64,000 bases of DNA from Escherichia coli (GTDB lineage: Bacteria > Pseudomonadota > Gammaproteobacteria > Enterobacterales > Enterobacteriaceae): the NCBI RefSeq assembly GCF_003018235.1, contig NZ_CP027437.1, one strand, 5' to 3'. Both the position numbers and the translations under genes were made by a program. Below are positions 10,928-24,425 of the stretch, piece after piece (the first letter of the stretch is position 1; each line of letters starts with the position of its first letter). The notes beneath the pieces are model-generated. The model was not told the origin of the DNA. It saw only the letters and a program-made list of their open reading frames with translations, and ran no database searches.

Positions 10928-12244
10928 TCAGTTAGTTGCCGTTTGAGAACGGAAACGGGCAAAGATAAAGATGACTGCGAAGCAGAGTGCCGGGATCAGT
11001 TCGGCAGTGGGGATGTTGCCCGCTGCGTCACTGACAAAACCCATGACCGGAGTGACAATACCGCCGCCAATAATGGTCATAACGATGAAGGACGAACCGT
11101 ATTTGGTGTCCTGGCCGAGATTCTTAATGCCCAGCGAGAAGATTGTTGGGTACTGAATCGACATAAAGGCACTGCATAATGTCAGGGCTATTAAGCCCAC
11201 ATGACCGCCAGCGAAGGCTGAGATCAGGCACAGTGCCATAGCGATTAATGCGTAGGCTGCCAGGACTTTGTGTGGTGCGAAGCGACTGATGAGCCAGGTA
11301 CCGGTGAAACGACCAATAAAGAAGCACACCATGGTTCCGGTTAAATAGTTAGCGGCAAAGCCTGCGGTCATACCTGGAATTTCTTCTACAGCGTAGCGAA
11401 TCAAATAGCTCCAGCAGGCCGTTTGCGCGCCGACATAGCAGAATTGCGCTAATACCGCCCAGCGCCAGTGACGAATACGCGCCAGACGAGAAAGCGATGC
11501 GGAGAACGATCCTTGTTTGGCGTCACTGTGATTATCACTCTGCAATGCCGGGAATTTCGTCAGCATGATCAGCAGGGCGACCAGTAACACGATAGCCACG
11601 ATGATCATATAAGGTGTCTGTACCGATAATACCAGGCTGTGTTTATACGCACTCAATTGCTCTGGAGACATTTTATCGAGAACGTCTTGCGATTGATGTG
11701 GCACGTTAGACAAAATAAGACTTTGCCCAAAGACAACCGCGATAATTGCGCCAAACGAGTTAAATGTTTGCGCAAGATTTAAGCGGAAGTGACCACTGCT
11801 TTCCGGCCCTAATACCGTAACAAAAGGGTTTGCGGCAGTTTCCAGACAACCTAATCCGGCTGCAATAATAAATAGGCCAACTAAAAATAAGGTGTAGTTC
11901 ATTATTTCTGCAGCGGGCCAGAATAATGCAGCGCCCAAGGCATATAAAAATAATCCGGTAATAATCCCTGCTTTATAACTGAGTTTTTTCATCAATATCC
12001 CAGCAGGGATTGGGATAATGAAATAACCAAAGTAAAAGGCCGATTGGATCAGGCCAGCCTGGAAATTTGTCAGCGTAAAAGCCTGCTGGAATTGAGGTAA
12101 TAAAATGTCGTTAAGGTTATTGGCTACCGCCCAAAGAAAAAACAGTGAGCACAGCAGCGCGAATGGAATAATGTAACTTCTGCTTTGCCCTGCATCTTTA
12201 TCTACCGCACGGTAACTCTGCGTTTGTATTGATGTGTTTCCCAT
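10928..12244 (-). CDS. fucP: L-fucose:H+ symporter (MFS)
   Basis: 438-aa polytopic membrane ORF, first gene of the fucPIKUR operon. Confidence 0.92.
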   Translation of the reverse strand: MGNTSIQTQSYRAVDKDAGQSRSYIIPFALLCSLFFLWAVANNLNDILLPQFQQAFTLTNFQAGLIQSAFYFGYFIIPIPAGILMKKLSYKAGIITGLFLYALGAALFWPAAEIMNYTLFLVGLFIIAAGLGCLETAANPFVTVLGPESSGHFRLNLAQTFNSFGAIIAVVFGQSLILSNVPHQSQDVLDKMSPEQLSAYKHSLVLSVQTPYMIIVAIVLLVALLIMLTKFPALQSDNHSDAKQGSFSASLSRLARIRHWRWAVLAQFCYVGAQTACWSYLIRYAVEEIPGMTAGFAANYLTGTMVCFFIGRFTGTWLISRFAPHKVLAAYALIAMALCLISAFAGGHVGLIALTLCSAFMSIQYPTIFSLGIKNLGQDTKYGSSFIVMTIIGGGIVTPVMGFVSDAAGNIPTAELIPALCFAVIFIFARFRSQTATN

Positions 12245-12790
12245 AGCATCCTCTTAGGTTCAGAAGCTTAAGCACGTAATCGGTTATGTTTTCAAAAGTG
12301 CAAAACCAGCGAGTTCGGGCTTCATATCAGTGAATATTTGCCTGTCAGAAATGAACTCATGGATTCATTTTCAAATAAAAAACGCTCTGTAATATGACGG
12401 CGGTCACACTTATTAGCTGGGAGGTGACTTTATGTGACTACCATCACTTTAATAATCGAAATTTCATGCCCGTTTCAGAAAATAAATCATAAAAAACACA
12501 AACCCGATGACCGTATTAATTGTTTGTGCCGAAAACGGGCATTTCTGGCGAGGGGGAATGGAAAAATGACCGTTTTGATAAATATTTTTAAGAGCGGTCA
12601 TTTTTAATAGGGTTATAAAAAGAGAACTTGCAGTTATTTACTGTGATTAGTTGAACCAGGTCACAAAATATAAGCTTGTGAATTTCTTTCTGGTTAATCA
12701 GGAAGAAGATGGTGGGTAATTAAACGGCTAATTCAATAGTGTGAAAGGAACAACATTATTGCCCTGTTTTGAATCAGAGAGAGGTAGCTA
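12245..12790. promoter_or_regulatory. Divergent fucPIKUR / fucAO control region with a candidate CRP site
   Basis: 546-bp AT-rich non-coding interval between divergent operons; TGTGA-N6-TCACT at 12433-12448 is a near-consensus CRP half-site pair. No FucR site could be assigned from sequence alone. Confidence 0.5.
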
Positions 12791-13438
12791 ATGGAACGAA
12801 ATAAACTTGCTCGTCAGATTATTGACACTTGCCTGGAAATGACCCGCCTAGGACTGAACCAGGGGACAGCGGGTAACGTCAGTGTACGTTATCAGGATGG
12901 GATGCTGATTACGCCTACTGGTATTCCATATGAAAAACTGACGGAGTCGCATATTGTCTTTATTGATGGCAACGGTAAACATGAGGAAGGAAAACTCCCC
13001 TCAAGCGAATGGCGTTTCCATATGGCGGCCTATCAAAGCAGACCGGATGCCAACGCGGTTGTTCACAATCATGCCGTTCATTGCACAGCAGTTTCCATTC
13101 TTAACCGACCGATCCCCGCTATTCACTACATGATTGCGGCGGCTGGCGGTAATTCTATTCCTTGCGCGCCTTATGCGACCTTTGGAACACGCGAACTTTC
13201 TGAACATGTTGCGCTGGCTCTCAAAAATCGTAAGGCAACTTTGTTACAACATCATGGGCTTATCGCTTGTGAGGTGAATCTGGAGAAAGCGTTATGGCTG
13301 GCGCATGAAGTTGAAGTGCTGGCGCAACTTTACCTGACGACCCTGGCGATTACGGACCCGGTGCCAGTGCTGAGCGATGAAGAGATTGCCGTAGTGCTGG
13401 AGAAATTCAAAACCTACGGGTTACGGATTGAAGAGTAA
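12791..13438 (+). CDS. fucA: L-fuculose-1-phosphate aldolase
   Basis: 215-aa ORF, class II aldolase. Confidence 0.92.
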   Translation: MERNKLARQIIDTCLEMTRLGLNQGTAGNVSVRYQDGMLITPTGIPYEKLTESHIVFIDGNGKHEEGKLPSSEWRFHMAAYQSRPDANAVVHNHAVHCTAVSILNRPIPAIHYMIAAAGGNSIPCAPYATFGTRELSEHVALALKNRKATLLQHHGLIACEVNLEKALWLAHEVEVLAQLYLTTLAITDPVPVLSDEEIAVVLEKFKTYGLRIEE

Positions 13439-13465
13439 TTTCGTAAAGCAACAAGGAGAAGGATG

Positions 13466-14614
13466 ATGGCTAACAGAATGATTCTGAACGAAACGGCATG
13501 GTTTGGTCGGGGGGCTGTTGGAGCTTTAACCGATGAGGTGAAACGCCGTGGTTATCAGAAGGCGCTGATCGTCACCGATAAAACGCTGGTGCAATGCGGC
13601 GTGGTGGCAAAAGTGACCGATAAGATGGATGCTGCAGGGCTGGCATGGGCGATTTACGACGGCGTAGTGCCCAACCCAACAATTACTGTCGTCAAAGAAG
13701 GGCTCGGTGTATTCCAGAATAGCGGCGCGGATTACCTGATCGCTATTGGTGGTGGTTCTCCACAGGATACTTGTAAAGCGATTGGCATTATCAGCAACAA
13801 CCCGGAGTTTGCCGATGTGCGTAGCCTGGAAGGGCTTTCCCCGACCAATAAACCCAGTGTACCGATTCTGGCAATCCCCACCACAGCAGGCACTGCGGCA
13901 GAAGTGACCATTAACTACGTGATTACTGACGAAGAGAAACGGCGCAAGTTTGTTTGCGTTGATCCGCATGATATCCCGCAGGTGGCGTTTATTGACGCTG
14001 ACATGATGGATGGTATGCCTCCAGCGCTGAAAGCTGCGACGGGTGTCGATGCGCTCACTCATGCTATTGAGGGGTATATTACCCGTGGCGCGTGGGCGCT
14101 AACCGATGCACTGCACATTAAAGCGATTGAAATCATTGCTGGGGCGCTGCGAGGATCGGTTGCTGGTGATAAGGATGCCGGAGAAGAAATGGCGCTCGGG
14201 CAGTATGTTGCGGGTATGGGCTTCTCGAATGTTGGGTTAGGGTTGGTGCATGGTATGGCGCATCCACTGGGCGCGTTTTATAACACTCCACACGGTGTTG
14301 CGAACGCCATCCTGTTACCGCATGTCATGCGCTATAACGCTGACTTTACCGGTGAGAAGTACCGCGATATCGCGCGCGTTATGGGCGTGAAAGTGGAAGG
14401 TATGAGCCTGGAAGAGGCGCGTAATGCCGCTGTTGAAGCGGTGTTTGCTCTCAACCGTGATGTCGGTATTCCGCCACATTTGCGTGACGTTGGTGTACGC
14501 AAGGAAGACATTCCGGCACTGGCGCAGGCGGCGCTTGATGACGTTTGTACCGGTGGCAACCCGCGCGAAGCAACGCTTGAGGATATTGTAGAGCTTTACC
14601 ATACCGCCTGGTAA
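13466..14614 (+). CDS. fucO: Lactaldehyde reductase (L-1,2-propanediol oxidoreductase, Fe-dependent alcohol dehydrogenase)
   Basis: Tandem ATGs at 13463 and 13466; the second has the better spacing from AAGGAG at 13453-13458 and gives the 382-aa form. Confidence 0.9.
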   Translation: MANRMILNETAWFGRGAVGALTDEVKRRGYQKALIVTDKTLVQCGVVAKVTDKMDAAGLAWAIYDGVVPNPTITVVKEGLGVFQNSGADYLIAIGGGSPQDTCKAIGIISNNPEFADVRSLEGLSPTNKPSVPILAIPTTAGTAAEVTINYVITDEEKRRKFVCVDPHDIPQVAFIDADMMDGMPPALKAATGVDALTHAIEGYITRGAWALTDALHIKAIEIIAGALRGSVAGDKDAGEEMALGQYVAGMGFSNVGLGLVHGMAHPLGAFYNTPHGVANAILLPHVMRYNADFTGEKYRDIARVMGVKVEGMSLEEARNAAVEAVFALNRDVGIPPHLRDVGVRKEDIPALAQAALDDVCTGGNPREATLEDIVELYHTAW

Positions 14615-14632
14615 ATGCGCTGATGTGATAAT

Positions 14633-14665
14633 GCCGGATGCGACGCTAGCTGCGTCTTATCCGGC
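14633..14665. repeat. REP (repetitive extragenic palindrome) element between fucO and xni
   Basis: GCCGGATGCGACGCTAGCTGCGTCTTATCCGGC, an imperfect palindrome of the REP type in a convergent intergenic gap. Confidence 0.6.
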
Positions 14666-14718
14666 GTATAAGTTCATTAAATTCAATGTGTTGATAATCG
14701 TTTGCATCCGGCACGCCG

Positions 14719-16952
<2,234 letters not shown>

Positions 16953-17009
16953 AGGAAATACATCGCGTTAAAACGGAGGAAGCGCCGCCCGAAAGCGGCG
17001 CGAAAGGAC

Positions 17010-18299
17010 TTAGCTGAACAGAGAGTAGAAGATTGCGGAGATTGCAATCAGACCCATCACGACAACGAATACGTTGCTGATGTGACCGCTGTACTTACGC
17101 ATTGCCGGTACTTTCTGAATTGCGTACATCGGCATCAGGAACAGGATCATCGCGATGATTGGGCCGCCCAGGGTTTCAATCATACCCAGGATGCTCGGGT
17201 TCAGGGTGGCAACAATCCAGGTCGTTACCAGCATGAACAGCGCAGTGATACGGTTCAGCTTGTTGATTTCGATAGACTTACCTTTACCACGCAGAGATTT
17301 AATCACCATACCGTTGAAGCCTTCACGTGCGCCCAGGTAGTGGCCGAGGAAGGATTTGGTGATAGCGATAATCGCGATAATCGGAGCCATCCACGCGATA
17401 ACCGGTGCGTTAAAGTGGTTAGCCAGGTAAGACAGAATCGAGATGTTCTGCTCTTTAGCCGCAGCCAGGTCTGCCGGAGTCAGGCTCAGTACGCAGCTGA
17501 AGACGAAGAACATTACGGTCAGCACCATCATGATGTGTGCGAATGCCAGGATCTTCGAACATTTCTGTTCTGCCATATCGCCGTACTCTTCACGCTTCGC
17601 AACGGCGAAAGAAGAGATGATCGGAGAGTGGTTGAACGAGAACACCATTACCGGAATTGCCAGCCACAGGGTCATCCACAGACCGTTTCCGGTTGCAGAT
17701 GCAGTGTCCAGAGACAGCGTTTCCAGTGCTGCGCCGTTCCACTGCGGGATCAGGTACAGAGCCAGCAGCATCAGTACGCCAACAAACGGGAATACCAGAA
17801 TACTCATCGCTTTAACGATCATCTGCTCACCGAAGCGAACGATGGTCATCATACCCACGATCAGGATCAGCGACAGAATCGCACGCGGCGGTGGCGTCAT
17901 ACCCAGCTGGTGAGACATGAAGCTTTCAACTGTATTGGTGATTGCCACGCTATAAACCAGCAGGATCGGGTAGATAGCGAAGAAGTAGAGCAGGGTAATC
18001 AGTTTACCTGCGCCAATACCAAAGTGTTCTTCTACAACCTCGGTGATGTCTTCGCCCGGGTTTTTACCAGACAGTACGAAGCGAGTCAGACCGCGGTGAG
18101 CAAAAAATGTCATCGGGAACGCAAGGATAGCCATGATGATCAGCGGGATCATACCGCCAACACCGGCGTTGATTGGCAGGAACAGCACGCCCGCGCCGAT
18201 TGCCGTGCCGTAAAGGCCCAGCATCCACATGGTGTCTGTCTTGCGCCAGGCACTACGAGAGTCTTTCGACGCAATCGTGCTGGTTTGAGTCGTTTCCAT
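17010..18299 (-). CDS. sdaC: Serine:H+ symporter (HAAAP family)
   Basis: 429-aa polytopic membrane ORF. Confidence 0.92.
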   Translation of the reverse strand: METTQTSTIASKDSRSAWRKTDTMWMLGLYGTAIGAGVLFLPINAGVGGMIPLIIMAILAFPMTFFAHRGLTRFVLSGKNPGEDITEVVEEHFGIGAGKLITLLYFFAIYPILLVYSVAITNTVESFMSHQLGMTPPPRAILSLILIVGMMTIVRFGEQMIVKAMSILVFPFVGVLMLLALYLIPQWNGAALETLSLDTASATGNGLWMTLWLAIPVMVFSFNHSPIISSFAVAKREEYGDMAEQKCSKILAFAHIMMVLTVMFFVFSCVLSLTPADLAAAKEQNISILSYLANHFNAPVIAWMAPIIAIIAITKSFLGHYLGAREGFNGMVIKSLRGKGKSIEINKLNRITALFMLVTTWIVATLNPSILGMIETLGGPIIAMILFLMPMYAIQKVPAMRKYSGHISNVFVVVMGLIAISAIFYSLFS

Positions 18300-18807
18300 C
18301 TATTTCTCCTGGAGGAATGCAAATAATTCAGCTTTTAGCCAGTTCAGCCCGGGAAGGTGCCTGACCGTAAAAATGAAATCTGTCTATCGGCGATGGCTTA
18401 ATCATTTACCGCCGTAATAATTTGAGGGCGGAAAGATACACACAAGTTATGTATCTATCAGTGATCTTGATCCCAAATACAATAATCTACTTGGAAGATA
18501 GATTATCCCAACGCTTTACTCTGTAAATCAAAAGTAAAGAGAATTTAAGGGCAATATTTGCCCATTAAACGACATCTGACTTCTTCCGGGGCGCGCAATA
18601 TATGTAGGTTGAACTGAAAAAATCAATACTTTTAGTTAATCATGGCGATAATTTCTTTTTCATAGCGATAAAATGTGGTTTATGAAAATAGGGAAACGTT
18701 TGCGTTACAGCATAAATTGTATGACATATTAACTGTAATGATATTTATCGCGTGAGGGTGGTAAGAAACATTCATATAACAAATGAAATAAATTGATGGG
18801 TATGTGA

Positions 18808-18844
18808 CCAAAAACGAGAAAACCCGGCAACAAACGTCACCGGG
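18808..18844 (-). terminator. Probable intrinsic terminator of ppnN
   Basis: Immediately 3' of the ppnN stop on the minus strand: GC-rich hairpin CCCGGTGACGTTTGTTGCCGGG followed by TTTTCTCGTTTTTGG. Confidence 0.55.
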
Positions 18845-18853
18845 GGAGGGAGA

Positions 18854-20218
18854 TTACGTGCAGATTTCGTAGCAAGGGATGTAGGCTGAGCCTGGCAACT
18901 TCATACGATGCTGGGCAACAAAACCCTGTAGCAGGTCATCCATACGACGCATAATCTCTTTATCGCCGTTGATTTTATAAGGACCAAACTCTTCAATGGC
19001 GCGAATACCGACTTCTTTTACGTTACCCGCCACAATACCGGAGAACGCACGGCGCAGGTCGGCAGCCAGCACTTCAACGGGTTGATCCGGGTAAAGCTTC
19101 AGATTAGCCATATTCTCGTGAGACGGCTCAAACGGCATTTGCAAATCTGGCGCAATGCGCATTGACCAGTTAAAGCTGTAGGCATCGCCTGTGTCGCGGC
19201 GATTTTCTTTCACCAGCGGCATCGATTTTTTCATCTGACGAGCGACTTCAGCGGCGTCATCAATGATGATGCGGTAATGGCGGCGCGCGTTTTCACCCAA
19301 CGTATGCACGACAAACTCGTCCAGTACGCGGAAGTAGTCGGCGCTCTCTTTCGGGCCGGTGAGGATCAATGGTAAAACCTGATCTTTGTTGGCCGGGTTC
19401 ATTAAAATTCCCAGCAAATACAGCAACTCTTCTGCCGTACCCACACCGCCAGGGAAGATAATGATACCGTGAGCGATACGGACAAACGCTTCCAGACGTT
19501 TTTCGATATCCGGCATGATGATCAATTCGTTGATCAGCGGGTTAGGCGGTTCAGCGGCGATAATCGACGGCTCTGTCATACCAATAAAACGACTGTCTTT
19601 GTAACGCTGCTGTGCGTGTCCGACCGCAGCGCCTTTCATCGGCGCTTCCATCGCTCCCGGACCACAGCCGGTGCAGATATTCAGCTCACGCAGGCCCAGC
19701 TGATTCCCGACGCGACGGGCATACAAATACTCGTTTTCGTTAATTGAGTGCCCGCCCCAGCAGACCACCATATTTGGCGCTTCACCAACATGCAGCGCGC
19801 GAGCGTTACGCAAGATGGAAAAGACCAGGTTAGTGATGTGGACGGAGTTGTCGAGATTCAGGTTGGGAAAACGAACAGTATTATGGATTTGCCCGTAAAC
19901 GAAGAGAATGTCGCGCAGAACCGCGAACAAGTTGGCCTGCAAAGCGCGAATAATTCGCCCATCGACAAAAGCCTCTTCCGGGGGATTAATCAGTTCCAGC
20001 TTTACGCCGCGTTCACGGCGCAAGACGTTAATATCGAAATTTTCAAAACGAGACAGCAATTCTTTGCTGTTATCGGTCAAACTACCGGAGTTCAGTACGG
20101 CAAGTGAACAGTTGCGAAACAGTTGATAGAGGTCGCTGCTGGCGGTGCGTTTAAGCATATCCACTTCCAGCTGCGACAACATATCCATGGAGCCAAGCGG
20201 GCTAATATGTGTAATCAA
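18854..20218 (-). CDS. ppnN: Pyrimidine/purine nucleotide 5'-monophosphate nucleosidase (LOG-family, YgdH)
   Basis: 454-aa ORF with a LOG-family core (PGGxGTxEE motif present as PGGVGTAEE). Confidence 0.9.
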   Translation of the reverse strand: MITHISPLGSMDMLSQLEVDMLKRTASSDLYQLFRNCSLAVLNSGSLTDNSKELLSRFENFDINVLRRERGVKLELINPPEEAFVDGRIIRALQANLFAVLRDILFVYGQIHNTVRFPNLNLDNSVHITNLVFSILRNARALHVGEAPNMVVCWGGHSINENEYLYARRVGNQLGLRELNICTGCGPGAMEAPMKGAAVGHAQQRYKDSRFIGMTEPSIIAAEPPNPLINELIIMPDIEKRLEAFVRIAHGIIIFPGGVGTAEELLYLLGILMNPANKDQVLPLILTGPKESADYFRVLDEFVVHTLGENARRHYRIIIDDAAEVARQMKKSMPLVKENRRDTGDAYSFNWSMRIAPDLQMPFEPSHENMANLKLYPDQPVEVLAADLRRAFSGIVAGNVKEVGIRAIEEFGPYKINGDKEIMRRMDDLLQGFVAQHRMKLPGSAYIPCYEICT

Positions 20219-20329
20219 GAAAAACTCCTTATGGGACGAATATCGTCATTCCCTTTGATTACAATAGCCCTGCCTGATGACCTTTCACAACCTTCTGCGT
20301 GAATCCAGCACGCAAAATTGAGAAAAAAT

Positions 20330-21178
20330 TTATTGCCGAACCAGTCTTGTGGTCGATGGGACAAAATCGCTATTACTGCGCCACGGGTTAATGTCCAGAC
20401 CGCCACGACGGGTATAACGTGCGTAAACGCTCAATTTCTCTGGCTGGCAGAAGCGTAACAGGTCATTAAAGATGCGTTCCACGCACTGTTCGTGGAACTC
20501 GTTGTGATGACGGAAAGAAACCAGGTAACGCAGCAGTTTTTCTCTGTCAATTTGGCGTCCACGATACTGAATTTGGATCGATCCCCAATCTGGTTGATGG
20601 GTGATCAGGCAATTTGATTTCAGCAGGTGGCTGACGAGCGTCTCTTCTACTACTTTTTCGCCACTGGTGGCATTCTCCAGATAGTCAGTAGTGAATTCAT
20701 AGTTATCGATAGTGATATCCTGGTCATCAATGCAAGTGCCATTGAAATGACCTATCGGTTGGCCTTCCAGATCATCAAGACGATATAACGCCACGCTAAC
20801 CTTACCCTGAGCGCAAGTGCTTAAGTCGCGCTCCAGCGTCTGGCGCACCTCATCCCAGTTATTAAAACGCGTCTGGTTAAAACTGTTGAGATAGAGCTTA
20901 AAACTCTTCGACTCAATCAGATTTGCGCTGGTGTAATCAAGTGCAACATGACCGACGGCGACCTGCGGCAAACCTTTCGCATTCAGCCAGGAAAGTTCAT
21001 ACAGCGTCCAGATATCCGTACCGTGAAAAGGCAGGTTATCCGCTTTCAGACCCAGCGGATCGCGATTCAGACTACGTGGAACGCCTTGCAGTAGGCTGGC
21101 GTCATAGGTATCCCGGTAATCGGTTGATTTTCCAAGAGTCAGGCCCGCAAGTGCCTGATGGTTTGCATAAGAAGACAT
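20330..21178 (-). CDS. queF: NADPH-dependent 7-cyano-7-deazaguanine (preQ0) reductase
   Basis: 282-aa ORF of the two-domain QueF type. Confidence 0.92.
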   Translation of the reverse strand: MSSYANHQALAGLTLGKSTDYRDTYDASLLQGVPRSLNRDPLGLKADNLPFHGTDIWTLYELSWLNAKGLPQVAVGHVALDYTSANLIESKSFKLYLNSFNQTRFNNWDEVRQTLERDLSTCAQGKVSVALYRLDDLEGQPIGHFNGTCIDDQDITIDNYEFTTDYLENATSGEKVVEETLVSHLLKSNCLITHQPDWGSIQIQYRGRQIDREKLLRYLVSFRHHNEFHEQCVERIFNDLLRFCQPEKLSVYARYTRRGGLDINPWRSNSDFVPSTTRLVRQ

Positions 21179-21245
21179 GTTTCACCGTCATAAACCAGAT
21201 AAACTAAACGACAAGTGTATCTGGTTTAAGTGAAGAGAGAAATTA

Positions 21246-21791
21246 GTGGACGATTTGACCGCACAAGCCCTGAAAGATTTTACTGCACGCTACTGCGATG
21301 CGTGGAATGAAGAGCATAAAAGCTGGCCGTTGAGTGAGGAACTGTACGGCGTTCCTTCACCGTGCATTATTTCAACCACCGAAGACGCCGTATACTGGCA
21401 ACCCCAGCCGTTTACCGGGGAACAAAATGTAAACGCGGTTGAACGCGCTTTTGATATTGTGATACAACCCACAATTCATACCTTTTATACGACTCAGTTT
21501 GCCGGGGATATGCACGCGCAGTTTGGCGATATTAAACTGACATTGCTGCAAACCTGGAGTGAAGACGACTTCCGTCGGGTGCAGGAAAATCTGATTGGTC
21601 ATCTGGTGACTCAGAAAAGGCTAAAACTGCCGCCCACGCTATTTATCGCGACGCTGGAAGAAGAGTTAGAGGTGATCTCGGTGTGTAATCTCTCCGGTGA
21701 AGTGTGCAAAGAGACGCTGGGAACACGTAAACGGACGCATTTAGCCTCAAATCTTGCGGAATTCCTTAATCAACTTAAGCCTCTTCTGTAA
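21246..21791 (+). CDS. syd: SecY-interacting protein Syd
   Basis: 181-aa ORF starting at GTG 21246. Confidence 0.9.
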   Translation: MDDLTAQALKDFTARYCDAWNEEHKSWPLSEELYGVPSPCIISTTEDAVYWQPQPFTGEQNVNAVERAFDIVIQPTIHTFYTTQFAGDMHAQFGDIKLTLLQTWSEDDFRRVQENLIGHLVTQKRLKLPPTLFIATLEEELEVISVCNLSGEVCKETLGTRKRTHLASNLAEFLNQLKPLL

Positions 21792-21810
21792 TCCAAATAC
21801 CCCATCTGGT

Positions 21811-21828
21811 TGTGAGAGATCTCTTACA
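21811..21828. promoter_or_regulatory. UvrY (BarA/UvrY two-component response regulator) binding palindrome upstream of csrB
   Basis: Perfect 18-bp inverted repeat TGTGAGAGATCTCTTACA about 175 bp upstream of the csrB start; this is the type of site described for UvrY/SirA at csrB. Confidence 0.6.
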
Positions 21829-22001
21829 GACTCTGTAGGAGATCGCCAGGAAATAAGCGAATACTTAAAAAGATAAGAATCGTTATTTTCATTTAAAATC
21901 AATATATTGCTTGTCAATTCTTAACTTTCATATGAAATTTTCCTTAAGGCATTGTCTGTAAGCGCCTTGTAAGACTTCGCGAAAAAGACGATTCTATCTT
22001 C

Positions 22002-22367
22002 GTCGACAGGGAGTCAGACAACGAAGTGAACATCAGGATGATGACACTTCTGAAGGACACACCAGGATGGTGTTTCAGGGAAAGGCTTCTGGATGAAGCG
22101 AAGAGGATGACGCAGGACGCGTTAAAGGACACCTCCAGGATGGAGAATGAGAACCGGTCAGGATGATTCGGTGGGTCAGGAAGGCTAGGGACACTTCAGG
22201 ATGAAGTATCACATCGGGGTGGTGTGAGCAGGAAGCAATAGTTCAGGATGAACGATTGGCCGCAAGGCCAGAGGAAAAGTTGTCAAGGATGAGCAGGGAG
22301 CAACAAAAGTAGCTGGAATGCTGCGAAACGAACCGGGAGCACTGTGAATACAGTGCTCCCTTTTTTT
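22002..22367 (+). ncRNA. csrB: CsrB regulatory RNA (CsrA-sequestering sRNA)
   Basis: About 365 nt with no long ORF, carrying roughly twenty GGA-containing motifs (I count about 22 by eye, many as CAGGATG), ending in hairpin GGGAGCACTG-TGAATA-CAGTGCTCCC plus T7. The 5' end is placed from my recollection of the csrB sequence. Confidence 0.88.
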
Positions 22368-22412
22368 ATTCCTGCTATCCTTCGCGGCAGTTTTTCTTAT
22401 TGAGGTTGCTTT

Positions 22413-22742
22413 ATGACCACTCATGACCGCGTTCGTCTCCAGCTGCAGGCGCTTGAAGCATTACTGCGTGAACATCAGCACTGGCAAAACGATGAACCCC
22501 AGCCGCATCAATTTAACAGTACCCAACCGTTCTTTATGGACACCATGGAACCACTGGAGTGGTTGCAGTGGGTGCTGATCCCGCGAATGCACGATTTGTT
22601 AGATAACAACCAGCCGTTACCGGGCGCTTTTGCCGTCGCACCCTATTATGAAATGGCGCTGGCGACGGACCACCCGCAACGCGCGCTTATTCTGGCTGAG
22701 CTGGAAAAACTGGATGCTCTTTTTGCGGATGATGCGAGCTAA
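22413..22742 (+). CDS. yqcC: DUF446 family protein
   Basis: 109-aa ORF directly upstream of and coupled to truC. Confidence 0.85.
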   Translation: MTTHDRVRLQLQALEALLREHQHWQNDEPQPHQFNSTQPFFMDTMEPLEWLQWVLIPRMHDLLDNNQPLPGAFAVAPYYEMALATDHPQRALILAELEKLDALFADDAS

Positions 22743-23524
22743 TGCTGGAAATACTCTATCAGGATGAATGGCTGGTTGCGGTAAATAAACCCTCCGGCTG
22801 GCTGGTTCACCGCAGCTGGATGGATCGCGACGAGAAAGTAGTGGTCATGCAAACCGTGCGTGACCAGATAGGCCAGCATGTGTTTACTGCTCATCGTCTG
22901 GACCGACCAACTTCTGGTGTGTTGTTGATGGGATTATCCAGCGAGGCCGGACGGCTGCTGGCACAACAGTTTGAACAGCACCAAATCCAGAAACGTTACC
23001 ATGCGATTGTGCGCGGCTGGTTGATGGAAGAAGCAGTTCTGGATTATCCACTGGTGGAAGAACTGGACAAAATCGCTGATAAATTTGCCCGCGAAGATAA
23101 AGGCCCACAGCCAGCAGTGACGCATTATCGCGGTCTGGCGACCGTAGAAATGCCGGTAGCGACCGGACGTTACCCGACCACGCGCTACGGCCTGGTGGAA
23201 CTGGAGCCGAAAACCGGACGTAAGCACCAGCTCCGTCGCCATCTTGCCCATTTGCGCCACCCGATTATTGGCGACAGCAAACATGGTGATTTACGCCAGA
23301 ATCGCAGCGGTGCTGAACATTTTGGCCTTCAGCGGTTAATGCTGCATGCCAGTCAGTTGTCATTGACGCATCCTTTTACTGGCGAGCCGCTGACTATTCA
23401 CGCGGGCCTGGACGACACCTGGATGCAGGCGTTATCACAATTTGGCTGGCGGGGTCTGCTTCCTGAAAATGAAAGGGTTGAGTTCAGTGCGCCATCGGGT
23501 CAGGATGGAGAGATAAGTTCCTAA
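22742..23524 (+). CDS. truC: tRNA pseudouridine(65) synthase
   Basis: 260-aa ORF, RluA family (motif [12 protein letters not shown]). Confidence 0.9.
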   Translation: MLEILYQDEWLVAVNKPSGWLVHRSWMDRDEKVVVMQTVRDQIGQHVFTAHRLDRPTSGVLLMGLSSEAGRLLAQQFEQHQIQKRYHAIVRGWLMEEAVLDYPLVEELDKIADKFAREDKGPQPAVTHYRGLATVEMPVATGRYPTTRYGLVELEPKTGRKHQLRRHLAHLRHPIIGDSKHGDLRQNRSGAEHFGLQRLMLHASQLSLTHPFTGEPLTIHAGLDDTWMQALSQFGWRGLLPENERVEFSAPSGQDGEISS

Positions 23525-23541
23525 TCCAGGGAGAAAACGGT

Positions 23542-23991
23542 ATGGCGGAAATTGGTATTTTTGTCGGCACTATGTACGGAAATTCGCTGTTAGTGGCGGA
23601 AGAAGCGGAAGCAATTCTGACCGCGCAGGGCCACAAAGCAACGGTATTTGAAGATCCTGAATTAAGCGACTGGCTGCCCTATCAGGATAAGTATGTTCTG
23701 GTGGTTACGTCCACGACCGGGCAGGGCGACCTTCCTGATAGCATTGTGCCGCTCTTTCAGGGAATCAAAGATACCCTGGGCTTCCAGCCGAATCTGCGTT
23801 ATGGCGTGATTGCGCTCGGCGACAGTAGTTATGTGAATTTCTGCAATGGCGGCAAACAGTTCGATGCCTTGTTGCAGGAACAGAGCGCTCAGCGGGTTGG
23901 CGAAATGCTGTTGATTGACGCCAGTGAGAACCCGGAACCGGAAACGGAATCAAATCCGTGGGTCGAACATTGGGGCACGCTGTTGTCCTGA
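23542..23991 (+). CDS. yqcA: Flavodoxin-like protein
   Basis: 149-aa ORF with a flavodoxin fold signature ([11 protein letters not shown]). Confidence 0.88.
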   Translation: MAEIGIFVGTMYGNSLLVAEEAEAILTAQGHKATVFEDPELSDWLPYQDKYVLVVTSTTGQGDLPDSIVPLFQGIKDTLGFQPNLRYGVIALGDSSYVNFCNGGKQFDALLQEQSAQRVGEMLLIDASENPEPETESNPWVEHWGTLLS

Positions 23992-24044
23992 TATGTTCAG
24001 CGAGCGGTAAATGCCGTTTTAGCGGTGCTGAATCGAATCTTTTC

Positions 24045-24100
24045 AGGCAAATGCCAGTAAAAACTGCTTCATAGCGCGGATTTTTACTGGCGTTTGCCTG
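24045..24100 (+). other. Long inverted repeat / stable stem-loop in the yqcA-gudP intergenic region
   Basis: Arms CAGGCAAATGCCAGTAAAAA (24045-24063) and TTTTTACTGGCGTTTGCCTG (24081-24100) pair over about 19 bp with one G-U position, loop about 17 nt; no U-tract follows. Confidence 0.4.
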
Positions 24101-24425
24101 GAGTCAAGCGATCCATTTCATACTCTTCTTTATTTCTTCGTTTTAACCCTTCCTTTCTTGTTCTTGTTTTCATTTCCGTGAAGTGGATTCCACCGTCCAG
24201 GGCTAATGCCAAAATCGGGCCTCATTGAACGCATTAATGTTGTGTTGTTGCACGGTGAGCCGCTATGGCGCGCTTTTTATACTGCTATTGCCAGATATAA
24301 ACACGCGCCGTATTCGGCGAACGACCTATAAAAACGGCAAAAAACACCCTACGTCACCTCTGATTTCCTGGCGATGTCGCAGTCCAGAGTGAGCGTGGCT
24401 AACGCGAATTTTCAGGAGTGCAACA

